Positions 48,125 to 58,669 are shown, numbered from the stretch's first letter. The stretch: 64,000 nt of DNA from an uncultured Actinomycetes bacterium (GCA_963704885.1 CAVPIB010000001.1:224001-288000), one strand, 5' to 3'. Program-made: numbers and translations. The notes: a model not told the origin generated them from the letters alone.

Positions 48125-50557
48125 CTACGCTCTGAGGCGTTCGTTCTGCGGATCGAACAGCGGGGCGTCGACCACGGTAGCCGTACGCCACTCGCCGAGG
48201 ATGTCGATCTCGAGGGTCGTTCCGGAGGTCGCGAGAGCTACTGGAACGTATGCCAGCGCGATGACGGCACCGGTCACATGGCCGCGCTCGGCGGCACTCA
48301 CATATCCGACCACGTCTCCCTCCAGCGTGCGTATGGCTTCGTTCCCCAGGGGGATCGCATCGCCGCAGTCCACGGTGATGCACGCGAGGGAGCGGGTGAT
48401 GCCTTCCTCCTTCTGGCGAACCAGAGCGTCGCGACCGATGAACTCTCCCTTGTCGAGTTTCACGAATATGTCCATCCCGGCTTCCCATGGAGTGAAGTCG
48501 GCTGAGATGTCGCCCCCCCAGAGACGGTAGGCCTTCTCCATCCTCATCGAATCCAACGCCCGATAGCCGAAGTCGACCAGCCCGAGAGGCTCGCCGGCGG
48601 CAACCAGTACCTCGTAGATGTCGACCAAGTGTTCGCTCGCATGGTGCAGCTCCCAGCCGAGCTCGCCGAGGTATGAGATGCGCATCGCGAACACCGGTAT
48701 GCCGGCGACGTCGATCGTGCGGGCAGTCATCCATGGGAACGCTTCGTTGGCTACGTCATCTGACGTCACCGCGGCCAACAGCTCACGGGAGCGCGGGCCC
48801 GCGATGCTCAACACGCCGCGCGACTCGGTGAGGTTCTCGACGCTTACGCTCGCGTCGCCGGGGAGGTGGCGCACCATCCACTCGAGGTCGTGCACCTGGG
48901 TGGCGGCAGCACCGACGAGGTAGTAGCTGTTCTCGCCGGTTCGAACCACTGTGAGGTCGCACTCGATGCCGCCGCGTTCTGTGAGCATCTGCGTGATGAC
49001 GATCTTCCCGATGACATCGCTGAGCCGGTTGGCACACAGTCGCTCGAGGAACACGCGCGAGCCGGGGCCGCTGACCTCGTACTTAGCGAAGCTCGACTGG
49101 TCCAGCACGCCTACCCGCTCGCGTACCGTCCGGCATTCCGCTGCAACATGGGAAACCCAATCCGGCGTGCGGAACGTCAGCGAGTGATCTTCTCGTTCGA
49201 CACCGGGCGGTGCGAACCATAGAGGACGTTCCCATCCGAACTTGAAGCCCATCACGGCGCCACGTTCAACGAGTCGGTCGTGCAGGGCGTCCTTCTTCTG
49301 GGGTCTGCCCGCCGGGCGCTCCTCGTGCGGGAACGCGATGCTGTACTCGTGGCCGTATACGTCGAGGGAGCGCTCCTCGTAGTAGCTGCGTTCGCTCGCC
49401 CAGGGACCGAAACGCCGGATATCGAGTTCCCACATGTCCACGCTTGGCTGGCCATCGACGATCCATTCGGCTGCGAAACGGCCCGCGCCGCCGCCCGAGA
49501 CGATGCCGAAGATGCTGAATCCGCTCAGCTGAAAGAAACTGCGGAAACCGGGCGTCCACCCCATCAGGCAACGGCCGTCGGGCGTATAGCCGTCGGGCCC
49601 ATTAACGATGCGCGCTATCCCAGCGTTGGCAACCGCCTCGATCCGCTCGCCGGCCTTGAGCAACACGTCCTGGATCCGATCGAGATCCGGTTCGAGCAGC
49701 TTCCCTTCGAAATCCCAGGGGACACCGTCCGTCGCCCACGACTTCGCTTTCTTCTCGAATGGACCGACGATGAGGCCGTCCACTTCCTGACGGACGTAGA
49801 AGGACCAGTCGGGGTCACGGATGACCGGCAGCTCGGCAGGCAACTCCTTCAGAGCCGGTATCGCGCTGGTCACGATCATGTGGTGCTCCAGTGGGGTGAT
49901 GGGCAGGTCGATACCGGCCATGCGCCCGATACGCGGAGCCCACATGCCCGCCGCGTTGACGAGGACCTCACACTCGATGGAACCCTTGTCGGTCTCGATC
50001 GCCCATCCGCCGTCGGGCTTCTCCTGCAGTGCGGTCACGCGTGTCTGACGGTTGATCTCGATGCCCTTCGCCTTGGCGCCGGCGGCCATCGCCATCGCGA
50101 TGCTGCTGGGATCCACGTAACCGTCGGTCGGCATCCAGAGCCCGCCGACGACACCCTCGGTGTTGATCATGGGCCAGCGCTCCGCGATCGCAGCCGAGGG
50201 GAGGAGTTGGGCTTCCAGCCCAACGCCGGCAGCCCGTGAGCAAGCCCACTTGTACTCGTCGAGGCGGTCGGTGTTCGATGCCAGCCGGATGCTACCCACC
50301 TCGTGGAAGTCCACCGCTTGGCCGGTCTTCGCCTCCAGCGACCTGTAGAGCTCGATCGAATACATCAGCAGCCGCGTGATGTTGCGGCTCGCGTTGAACT
50401 GTGCGCACAAGCCAGCGGCGTGCCATGTCGAACCCGAAGTCAACTCCCCCTTCTCCAGCAGGACCACATCGGTCCAGCCGAGTTCGGAGAGGTGGTAGGC
50501 CAGCGAGCATCCGCCGACGCCGCCGCCGATGATGACGACCTGCGCCCTGTCCTTCAT
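48125..50557 (-). CDS. Dimethylglycine dehydrogenase-like flavoprotein (FAD + GcvT domains)
   Basis: GGGVGG, SGSTWHAAG, GPDGYTPD, GWERP, YLGELGWELH, RMEKAYR. Start ATG 50557 with GAGGAG. Confidence 0.9.
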   Translation of the reverse strand: MKDRAQVVIIGGGVGGCSLAYHLSELGWTDVVLLEKGELTSGSTWHAAGLCAQFNASRNITRLLMYSIELYRSLEAKTGQAVDFHEVGSIRLASNTDRLDEYKWACSRAAGVGLEAQLLPSAAIAERWPMINTEGVVGGLWMPTDGYVDPSSIAMAMAAGAKAKGIEINRQTRVTALQEKPDGGWAIETDKGSIECEVLVNAAGMWAPRIGRMAGIDLPITPLEHHMIVTSAIPALKELPAELPVIRDPDWSFYVRQEVDGLIVGPFEKKAKSWATDGVPWDFEGKLLEPDLDRIQDVLLKAGERIEAVANAGIARIVNGPDGYTPDGRCLMGWTPGFRSFFQLSGFSIFGIVSGGGAGRFAAEWIVDGQPSVDMWELDIRRFGPWASERSYYEERSLDVYGHEYSIAFPHEERPAGRPQKKDALHDRLVERGAVMGFKFGWERPLWFAPPGVEREDHSLTFRTPDWVSHVAAECRTVRERVGVLDQSSFAKYEVSGPGSRVFLERLCANRLSDVIGKIVITQMLTERGGIECDLTVVRTGENSYYLVGAAATQVHDLEWMVRHLPGDASVSVENLTESRGVLSIAGPRSRELLAAVTSDDVANEAFPWMTARTIDVAGIPVFAMRISYLGELGWELHHASEHLVDIYEVLVAAGEPLGLVDFGYRALDSMRMEKAYRLWGGDISADFTPWEAGMDIFVKLDKGEFIGRDALVRQKEEGITRSLACITVDCGDAIPLGNEAIRTLEGDVVGYVSAAERGHVTGAVIALAYVPVALATSGTTLEIDILGEWRTATVVDAPLFDPQNERLRA

Positions 50558-50567
50558 GGTTCGCTCC

Positions 50568-53007
50568 TCATGCCCGCGGCCGAAGGTTCTCGGGGTCGTA
50601 GGCGGCGTCCACCAGCACCGTGGCCGGGCGGCGATCTCCGAGCAGGGCGATCTGGAGCTCGGTCCCCGGGGCCTCGAAGCCGCTGTCCACATACGCGAAC
50701 GCTAGGCTCTTGCCCGTCGCGTGGCCGTAGCCTCCCGACGTGGTGACGCCGATGGCCTTATCGCCCGAGATCACCGGCTCGCCGCCGGCAGGGTCGAAGT
50801 CGACGGCGTCCACCTCCAGATAGACCATGTGCGTCGTCGCGCCTCGCTCCATGGCGGCGACGACGGCGTCGCGTCCCGTGAACTCGTGATCGAGCTTCAC
50901 GAAGCGCATCATCCCGGCCTCGATCGGCGTGATCTCGTTCGTGAGCTCGACCACCCCAGCCGGGGTAGGCCTTCTCCATCCGAAGGCTGTTCATGGCGTA
51001 CAGACCGAAGTCGGCGATGCCGAACTCCTCGCCCGCCGCCCAGACGGCTTCGTACAGGGCGACGACCTGGCCCATCTTGACGTGCAGCTCCCAACCCAGC
51101 TCGCCCACGTAGTTGACGCGCAGAGCGAGGACGCTGATCCCGGCCACCTCGATCTCCTTGCCCGTGAGCCACGGGAAGGCGTCGTTGCCGAGGTCGGCCG
51201 TGGTCAGCTTCGCCAACAGCTCTCGCGAGTGCGGCCCAGCCACGATCAACGCGCTGAGATCTGCCGTAACGTCGGCGATGGTGACTGCCTCTTCGGTACG
51301 CAGCGCGTTACGCATCAGATCGAGGTCGCGCCGGTAGGCGACCGCACCCGAGAGGATGAAGAACCGGTCGCCCGCAAGTCGGGTGACCGTGAACTCCGTC
51401 GCGTAGCGGCCGTTCTCGCTCAGCGCGTGGGCGAGCACGATGCCGCCCTCGCGGCGCGGCATCCGGTTGGCGCACAGGCGATCGAGGAGTGCTTCGGCGT
51501 CCGGGCCTGACACCTCGAACTTGGCGAAGCTCGGCAGCTCCATCACGCCGACGCGCTCGCGGACGGCCCGACACTCGGCCGCCACCACCTCGAACACGTT
51601 GTTGCGGCGGAACGTGCTCTCCTCTTCTCGCCCGTCGAGCGAGAACCACTTCGGGCGCTCCCACCCGAAGCCCTCGGTGAACACGCAGCCCTTGGCGAGG
51701 AGCTTGTCGTATAGCGGCGACGTTCTTGCGGGCCGACCCTCCGGCCGCTCCTCTCCGGGCGGCACCAGCCGGTACATGTCCCAGTACTCGCGATGCGCCT
51801 TCGCCGAAGCGTAGGCCTGGTCGCAGAAGTCCCCGTACCGGCGCGGGTCCATGCCCAGCATGTTGATCTCGCTGTCGCCGTGGATCATCCACTGGGCGAG
51901 GTAACGGCCGCACCCCGGGCCCTGGGCGATGCCGATGCCGGTGCCGGTGGCAAGCCAGAAGTTCCGCACGCCGGGTGCGGGCCCGACGAGGGGGTTGCTG
52001 TCGGGCGTGTGCGAGATGGCGCCGTTCACGACCCTCTTGATCCCGGCGTCCGCGAGGATAGGCATCCGCTCCATGACACGCTCGAGGTAGGGCGTGATCC
52101 GGTCGAGCTCCGGCTCGAACAGCTCGTTGGAGGAGTCCCAGGCGGGACCGCCCTGGCCGGTCCAGGCCTCCCGGGTGCCGCTCCCCTCGTAGATCCCGAT
52201 CAGGCCAGACTTCTGTTCCTGGCGGTAGTAGGCGGAGCAGTGAGGGTCGCGCATGACCGGGATCTCGCCGTCACGCTCGAGGAACTCCTTCACGGGTCCG
52301 GTCACCACATACTGGTGCTTGATGTTGGCGAACCGGGTCTGGACGCCCAGCCACGCGCTCACCCGGTCCGCGTAGCAGCCCGCGGCGTTGACGACGTGCT
52401 CGCAGGTGATGTCGCCTTGCTCGGTGGACACCTTGAACTCGCCGTTCGGCAGTTGTTCGACCCCGAGCACCCGGTTGTTGATGACGATGGTTGAACCCAG
52501 GCGTTTGGCTGCGGCAGCCATCGCGTTGCACGCGCTCGAGGGATCCACGTGGCCGTCGTCGAGCGTCCAGGCGCCGGCGAGCACGCCCTCGGTCGTCACG
52601 AACGGGTTGATGCGCCGGATCTCCTCGGGGCTGATGACCTGCATCCGGAACCCGATGTTGGCGGCCACGCCCTCGACGCGCTTGAAGTGGTCGAGCTCCA
52701 ACTGGTTCGTGGCGAGGCGGATACCGCCCGGTGCGTGCCATCCGGTGGCCTCTCCGGTCTCCGCCTCAAGGCGGGCGTACAGGTCGTTGCTGTAAGCGTG
52801 GACCTTGGCAAGGTTGTAGTCGGCGATGAAGCTGGGGCACTGGCCGGCGGCGTGCCAGGTGGAGCCCGACGTCAGCTCTCCCTTCTCGACCAGGATCACG
52901 TCGGTGCAGCCCTCGAGGGCCAAACCGTGCAACAGGCCGATGCCCATGGCACCCCCGCCTACGATCACGACGCGCGCACCGGATATCACGGTTGTCTCCT
53001 CCGACAC
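50568..53007 (-). pseudogene. Dimethylglycine dehydrogenase-like flavoprotein with a +1 frameshift at about 50952
   Basis: SGSTWHAAG, GWERP, YVGELGWELH, RMEKAYPGWG, then continues in another frame as VELTNEITPIEAG...TSGGYG...YDPENLRPRA. The 2440 bp span is 3n+1. Confidence 0.85.
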
Positions 53008-53222
53008 CTTGGCGGCCAGCTACCGTCGCCAGGGTGCATGGTTCGAAGCATGGGGATGTCGCACGCGTCACGGATCCGCTCGTCTGGATCCGGGTGGGAG
53101 GATACCCCGCAGACGTGACCCGAGGGTATCTGGCGACTCGTACTCGTGCACACCGGAAAGGCGCTGCAGGTTGGCGAAAGCATGGCGACGATGAGTCCTC
53201 TTGCCACGGGACGATGGAGAAC

Positions 53223-53411
53223 ATGAGGCGGCAACCCCCATCCGCCTACGGTCTGGTTGCGTTCTTCCTTGTTCTGTTGCCCAGCCTCTCGATCACCGTT
53301 GCGCTCCTGGCTCCTCCTACGCTCGCATGGCTGTTCCGGAGGAGATCGGCCGGGACACCGAGACTGAGCGACGCGGACCATCACAACGTCCGCGTCCTCG
53401 GAGTGCCGTAG
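53223..53411 (+). CDS. Small hypothetical membrane protein (62 aa)
   Basis: GGAG RBS and a long hydrophobic segment; no recognisable family. Confidence 0.35.
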   Translation: MRRQPPSAYGLVAFFLVLLPSLSITVALLAPPTLAWLFRRRSAGTPRLSDADHHNVRVLGVP

Positions 53412-54245
53412 AACTCGCCGATCCGACGCGCGCGGTCGGCTAGAGGCGAGGCGCCGCTGTCGCCGCCTCGGTCCGCGATCTCCACCGGGGTCAGCGATAG
53501 ATGCGATCTGAGCGAAGCGTGACCCTCTCTGACCCGGTGAGCTTGGTCGTAGCCGCGGAGCCTCTCGGCTTCGTCGAAGTGACACACCGCGGTGACGACG
53601 AGCTCGGACGAAGGATGTTCAGAGATAGCCAACGCGGCCGTCCGAACCCCGATGCTCATCGCGTAAGAGCGACCGTTGATAGGGGCGTCCTCAGCCCGGT
53701 GTCGGCTGCCCTGCACGCGCTTCAGATTCCTGGGGCCGAACGGACGCGGGGGTCCACACTCGCCACCCTAGGGTTTGCACTGTTGGGTGAAGGAGGCTGC
53801 GCCATGCCGCGTCGCGTCGGGAAGGCTTCGTTCAATGCCCGGGGGCGGATATGATCTCGCCACCGGGCCGGGAAGCGTTCGAGCTCCGGCGGCAAGCCAC
53901 GGCCGAGCCCGCGACGGTGCTGGCGACAGTCGAGCGACATGCCGAGCACTACGATGGCAACGGTGCACGAGGCAGGTCGTGCGGCAGGCGAGGAGGGCCA
54001 CACGCGAGACGGCCACGCGACGGCCACGCGGGCGTCGTTCGGCGCACGAGGCGCACCGAAGGCTTGCGTCACCGCGATGGTTCCGGCGATCGGGGCGATC
54101 AACGAGCCGAGGAGCACGGTCAGATCCCCGAACGGTCGCGAGTTCGTGCGACGCCTTCCCCCGAGACTGAGCGTGTCAGAGTTGAGGTGTCCGGTGAAGC
54201 GGGTCAAGCTCAGGACCATATCCATCGAGGCATCAGGGGGATCGC

Positions 54246-55859
54246 ATGAGCAGGTCGGATCGATACGACGTGATCGTCGTTGGTGCGGGGCACAACGGTC
54301 TTGTTTGCGGCGCGAGGCTAGCGAAGGCGGGGTTGCGTACGCTGATCCTCGAGCGCCGGTCGATCGTCGGCGGCGCCTGTGTCACCGAGGAGTTGTGGCC
54401 GGGCTTCCACGTTTCCACGACCTCCTACGTGCTGAGCATGTTCCCGGACAAGATCGTGCGCGAACTGCACCTCGACCGGTTCGGCTTCGAGCTGATCCCA
54501 ACCGACCAGCTCTTCGTCCCGTTCGAGGACGGTCGGGCGATGACCCTGTGGAACGACCAGCGCGAGACCTGTAAGGAGATCGCGAAGTTCTCCGAGAAGG
54601 ACGCGGCCGCCTACCCCGACTACGCCGCCTTCCTCGGGCGCGCCGCCGACTTCGTTCGCGACATCGTCTGGAAGCCCGCGCCGGGCAAGATGGGGCCGCG
54701 CGCGCTCCGCGACGCCGGCTGGGTGGCGTGGCGGTTGAAGAAGATGGGGCGCGAAGCGTTCGGATTCGTCGACCTGATGACGCAGTCGATCTACGACTTC
54801 CTCGGGAGATGGTTCGAGTCCGATCAGATCATCGCGACCCTCGGATACATGGGCTCGATCGGCACCTTCAAGGGACCCAAGACGCCGGGGAGTGCGTACG
54901 TCCTGCTGCACCACAACATCTCAGAGCACGAGGGCGCGGGCGGATGGGGCTACGTACGCGGGGGGATGGGCGGCCTCACGCAGGCGCTCAAGCGCTGCGC
55001 CGAGAGCTACGGAGCGACCGTACTGACGGACTCGGAGACCGCACAGGTCGACATCCGCGACGGGCGCGCGGTTGGGGTCACTCTGATGAACGGCGATGTC
55101 TACCTTGCCGGACAGGTCGTGTCCAACGCCGACCCCAAGACCACTTACCTTCGCCTGATCGGACGCGAGCACCTCGACCACGGCGTCGTTCGGGACGTCG
55201 AGTCCTTCGACACGTACTCGACCGCTTTCAAGATCAACTTCGCGCTCGACGGGCTGCCCGACTACACGGCGTGGAACCCATCGTGGGGCCCGGCTCCCGG
55301 CTACGTGCACATCGGCCCATCGGTCGAGTACCTCGAGAAGGCTTACGACGACGCGAAGTACGGCCGACCTTCGGAGTGGCCGTGGACCTCGCCGGTCATC
55401 CCGACGATGGCCGACACGACGCTCGCTCCGGAGGGGAAGCACATCATGACCTGCTTCGGGGGCCACGCACCGTACACGCTCGCGGACGGCGAGTGGACCG
55501 ACGATAAGCGCGAGAAGTTCGCCGACCGCGTCGTCGAGGCGATCGCTAGGTTCGCCCCCGGCCTTCAGGACCACATCATCGAGCGGCAGATCCTGGTGCC
55601 CCCGGACCTGGAACGGATCTACGCCCTTCCTCAGGGGCACATCTTCCACGGGGAGCTGTCGCTGGATCAGCTGTACCTCTTGCGTCCCGTTCCCGGCTAC
55701 GCGGACTACCGGACGCCGATCAAGGACCTGTACATGTGTGGCTCGGGCGTGCACCCGGGCGGCGGGGTGTTCGGCGTTCCCGGTTACAAGGCGGCGGATG
55801 AGATGCTGCGCGACCGGAAGATGGCCAGGTTGACCTCGAAGCTGCGAGGTTCGCGCTGA
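54246..55859 (+). CDS. NAD(P)/FAD-dependent oxidoreductase, phytoene dehydrogenase-like/PYROXD2-like (second paralog)
   Basis: VGAGHNGLV, GGACVTEE, PGSAYVLLHH, GHIFHG, YRTPIKDLY, HPGGGV. Confidence 0.88.
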   Translation: MSRSDRYDVIVVGAGHNGLVCGARLAKAGLRTLILERRSIVGGACVTEELWPGFHVSTTSYVLSMFPDKIVRELHLDRFGFELIPTDQLFVPFEDGRAMTLWNDQRETCKEIAKFSEKDAAAYPDYAAFLGRAADFVRDIVWKPAPGKMGPRALRDAGWVAWRLKKMGREAFGFVDLMTQSIYDFLGRWFESDQIIATLGYMGSIGTFKGPKTPGSAYVLLHHNISEHEGAGGWGYVRGGMGGLTQALKRCAESYGATVLTDSETAQVDIRDGRAVGVTLMNGDVYLAGQVVSNADPKTTYLRLIGREHLDHGVVRDVESFDTYSTAFKINFALDGLPDYTAWNPSWGPAPGYVHIGPSVEYLEKAYDDAKYGRPSEWPWTSPVIPTMADTTLAPEGKHIMTCFGGHAPYTLADGEWTDDKREKFADRVVEAIARFAPGLQDHIIERQILVPPDLERIYALPQGHIFHGELSLDQLYLLRPVPGYADYRTPIKDLYMCGSGVHPGGGVFGVPGYKAADEMLRDRKMARLTSKLRGSR

Positions 55860-55895
55860 GCCTCCGAATGGGGTCCCTGTAAGGTCGAGACCGAC

Positions 55896-57125
55896 ATGCG
55901 GCCCAGGACGACCACCGCCCTGTATCAGACCGTCGCGCGGGTCTGGCTCACGCTCGCCGGACTCAGCCTCTTGTTACCACCGGCGCGTCGAGCGGGCATC
56001 TGGTTGCCGCTCCACCTGGCTCTGGCCGGCGCCGTGGCAACCGCCATATCCGGTGCGATGCAGAACTTCATGCTGTCGCTCACCTCCACTCCTGATCCTC
56101 CTGCCTGGACGACTTGGACTCAACTGGGACTGGTTATCGCCGGTGCGGGACTGATCGCCGTCGGGACGCCGACCTCGACGCCTTGGTTGGTAGGTCTGGG
56201 GGGCGCATCGTTCGTTGGAGCGATGGCGGTCCTTGGGTGGATGCTGCGGCGCGCGTGGCGGATGGCGTTGAACAAGCGGCACCCCTTCCCGATGGCCACG
56301 TACGGCGTGGCCGTGCTCATCGCACTGATCGGCGGGACGCTCGGAGCGCTGATGGGGAGCCGATCCGTCTCCGGGGAGACCTACCTGCACTTCAGGAGGG
56401 CCCACATGACCCTCAACGTTCTCGGTTTCGCGTCGCTCACGGTGGTAGGCACGCTCGTGACGCTGCTTCCCACGGCGTTGCGCGTTCGCATGCCTCGATG
56501 GAAGGGGTGGGCCGCGCTCATGCTCTTCACGGGAGGCCTGCTCCTCCAACTCCTGGGGTGGGACTTGGCATCGACCCCGCTCCTGGCGGCAGGTGGTATC
56601 GCATACGCTGCCGGAGCGCTCGGAGTCGTGTGGCTGGTGTTCTCGGTCTTGCGCATGGAACGCAAGTGGAAGGTGCCGCTCGCTGCGATGCACATGATGG
56701 CGGCGGCGGCATGGTTCGTGTCCGGGTCCCTCGCATTCTCCTGGGCGCTGATGCACGGTCCCGAAGGGTTCGACGCCTTCCGCTCGAACTTCCTGATCGC
56801 GTTCGTCGGTGGTTGGCTCGTGCAGATACTGCTCGGCGCTTGGGCATACCTACTGCCCATGGCGCGCCCTGGACATCCGGATGCGCGCCGCAGATCGCTA
56901 GCGGTGTTCGAGATGGCGGCTCCGGTTCAGCTGGCCGTCCTGAACGTTGGGCTTGCCCTGATGGCTGTAAGGGCGGCCGGCATGGCTGGGCCGGGCGTCG
57001 GCGAGATCGGGGTGGTCCTCGCGTTCGCCGGCGCCAGCGTGGCGCTGGTGAAGGCATGGCTGTTCCCGGTGCTGAGCCTCGGCCCCGTGGACACCGAGCG
57101 CGCACGCGCCGTCTGGGGCGGCTGA
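55896..57125 (+). CDS. Polytopic (about 12 TM) His-containing membrane protein of the type associated with actinobacterial NirK
   Basis: WLPLHLALAG, RAHMTLNVLGF, QILLGAWAYLLP; convergent with nirK. Confidence 0.7.
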   Translation: MRPRTTTALYQTVARVWLTLAGLSLLLPPARRAGIWLPLHLALAGAVATAISGAMQNFMLSLTSTPDPPAWTTWTQLGLVIAGAGLIAVGTPTSTPWLVGLGGASFVGAMAVLGWMLRRAWRMALNKRHPFPMATYGVAVLIALIGGTLGALMGSRSVSGETYLHFRRAHMTLNVLGFASLTVVGTLVTLLPTALRVRMPRWKGWAALMLFTGGLLLQLLGWDLASTPLLAAGGIAYAAGALGVVWLVFSVLRMERKWKVPLAAMHMMAAAAWFVSGSLAFSWALMHGPEGFDAFRSNFLIAFVGGWLVQILLGAWAYLLPMARPGHPDARRRSLAVFEMAAPVQLAVLNVGLALMAVRAAGMAGPGVGEIGVVLAFAGASVALVKAWLFPVLSLGPVDTERARAVWGG

Positions 57126-57148
57126 CTCCAGGCTCCGACGACGCCGAT

Positions 57149-58579
57149 CTACTCCACCGTGAGCGTTCCGATCATGGTCGTCGGGTGCACGTCGCAGCGG
57201 AAGAAGTAGGAGCCGGCATCCAGCGCTGGGATCTCGTTCGTGATCGTGTCCGGGCCGGTGATGATCTCCCCGGTGAAGAGCGCGGTCGTGGCAGTGTCGT
57301 CGGTGTAGATCGAGAAGTTGTGTGGGATCCCGGCATCCATGTTGTCCAAGAGCACGGTGAATGGGGTGCCGGCAGGAGCGCTCAGTGAATCCGTATCGAA
57401 CACGTTGTTCATGGCCATGATGCTTAGCTCGGCTCCCGCCGTGCCTCCGCCATCCGAGGGGCTGGGTTCAGCGGTAGGCGTCGGACTGGGGATGGGCGTC
57501 GGGCTCGGGGCGCCGCCGCCCGAGAACGCGGTCACGCCCGCGGTGAACGGATCGCCCAGCGTCGGGTAAGACTCGGGTGCGGCCGGAGCGTCCGGGTCCA
57601 CCTGGATCAATCCCACGGCTCCCAGGCCCGTGTACGCGAACGAGTGCGTGACGAAGGGGTACAACCCCGCATCGGGGATCTGGAGCTCGAACATCGCACC
57701 GCCCCCCGGAGGGACGTTCCAGGTCTGTATCCCGTACAGGGCGTTCGCCGGGTTCCCGTCGGGATAGGTCTCTGGGAAAAGGGTTCCGATCACATGGAAC
57801 GCGTTCGTTAACGTCGGCCCCGCGTTCACGACCCAGATGCGGAATCGCTCGTCGGGCTTCACCTGGAGCGGTGCGGCGAGGTACTGGTTCGCCTTGCCGT
57901 TGAACACGACGTACTCCGGATCCACGGCGAGCATCCGATCCAGGTCCCCCTCGAACACGCCGTCGAAGGGCTTGGCACCGGGGTACAGCTCGCTCGAGAC
58001 CAGGACGAACTCACGCTCCGCCGGCAGGTCGCTGGGCTCGACGATGATCGCGCCGTACATCCCATTGGCGATGTGCTGGAGCACCGGCGGAACGCCGCAG
58101 TGATAGAGGAAGGCGCCGGGGTACAGCGCTACGAAGTCGAAGGTCTTCGTCTCGCCAGGGTCGACGGGCTGGTAGTTGCCTTCCAGCGTGGCCCCTTCCT
58201 CGGTGGGGAGGTCGGCCCACGGTGTCAATGCGGCGTGGAAGTCGATCGAATGCTGCATACCGATCGAGCTGTCGTTCGTCAGGGTGAAACGGATCGTGTC
58301 GCCCAGCTGGACCCGGACGACCGGGCCGGGAGTGGTTCCGTTGAACGTCCAGGCGTGATAGGTCACTCCGTCCGCGATCTCCTGCGTGGTCTCCTCGGCG
58401 ACGAGATCAACGTTCACGACCGTGCCGTTGGGCTCGTCCACCCGGTAATCGGCGGGCTCGGCCGATGGGGCGGTCCCTCCGTCTGATCCGTCGCGGTTCG
58501 CGAGCGGCGCGATCCACGTGAGTCCGATGATCAATGAGCCCAGCAGGAACACGACACCCACAGCCAAGATCTTCCTCAC
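57149..58579 (-). CDS. nirK: Copper-containing nitrite reductase with N-terminal anchor and C-terminal cupredoxin domain
   Basis: HSIDFH, YHC...HIANGMYG, FHVIG and PFVTH give all type 1/type 2 Cu ligands plus catalytic Asp/His. A Pro/Thr linker leads to HNF...CDVHPTTM. Confidence 0.9.
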   Translation of the reverse strand: MRKILAVGVVFLLGSLIIGLTWIAPLANRDGSDGGTAPSAEPADYRVDEPNGTVVNVDLVAEETTQEIADGVTYHAWTFNGTTPGPVVRVQLGDTIRFTLTNDSSIGMQHSIDFHAALTPWADLPTEEGATLEGNYQPVDPGETKTFDFVALYPGAFLYHCGVPPVLQHIANGMYGAIIVEPSDLPAEREFVLVSSELYPGAKPFDGVFEGDLDRMLAVDPEYVVFNGKANQYLAAPLQVKPDERFRIWVVNAGPTLTNAFHVIGTLFPETYPDGNPANALYGIQTWNVPPGGGAMFELQIPDAGLYPFVTHSFAYTGLGAVGLIQVDPDAPAAPESYPTLGDPFTAGVTAFSGGGAPSPTPIPSPTPTAEPSPSDGGGTAGAELSIMAMNNVFDTDSLSAPAGTPFTVLLDNMDAGIPHNFSIYTDDTATTALFTGEIITGPDTITNEIPALDAGSYFFRCDVHPTTMIGTLTVE

Positions 58580-58624
58580 GGACAGCTCCTTCTTCCCAGA
58601 TCGATCGCCGCTCGCAGACGCTGG

Positions 58625-58669
58625 ATTATCCCTGGATGCTCGGGGGAGTCAACGGACCAACATGGTCCG
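58625..58669 (-). promoter_or_regulatory. nirK promoter with adjacent palindromic operator
   Basis: TTGACT (58647-52), 16 nt, GATAAT (58625-30). The perfect inverted repeat CGGACCA-N3-TGGTCCG (58653-69) abuts the -35. Confidence 0.6.

Noticed and set aside
50940-50965. Programmed ribosomal frameshift in the DMGDH-like gene (also considered for fhaB and larC)
   Set aside because: No slippery sequence or stimulatory structure; larC is a single continuous ORF.
37400-53220. Glycine or THF riboswitch upstream of the gcvT-like genes; glycine cleavage system
   Set aside because: No recognisable aptamer cores. Hairpins at 53070-53130 match no family I recognise, and gcvP/gcvH are absent.
53412-54240. 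Intact genes (e.g. 53722-54225 minus, 53381-53716 minus)
   Set aside because: No motif, RBS or coherent composition; more likely gene remnants.
38394-55859. Carotenoid biosynthesis (crtI/crtO) cluster
   Set aside because: No crtB/crtE/crtY nearby; the context is C1/amine metabolism.
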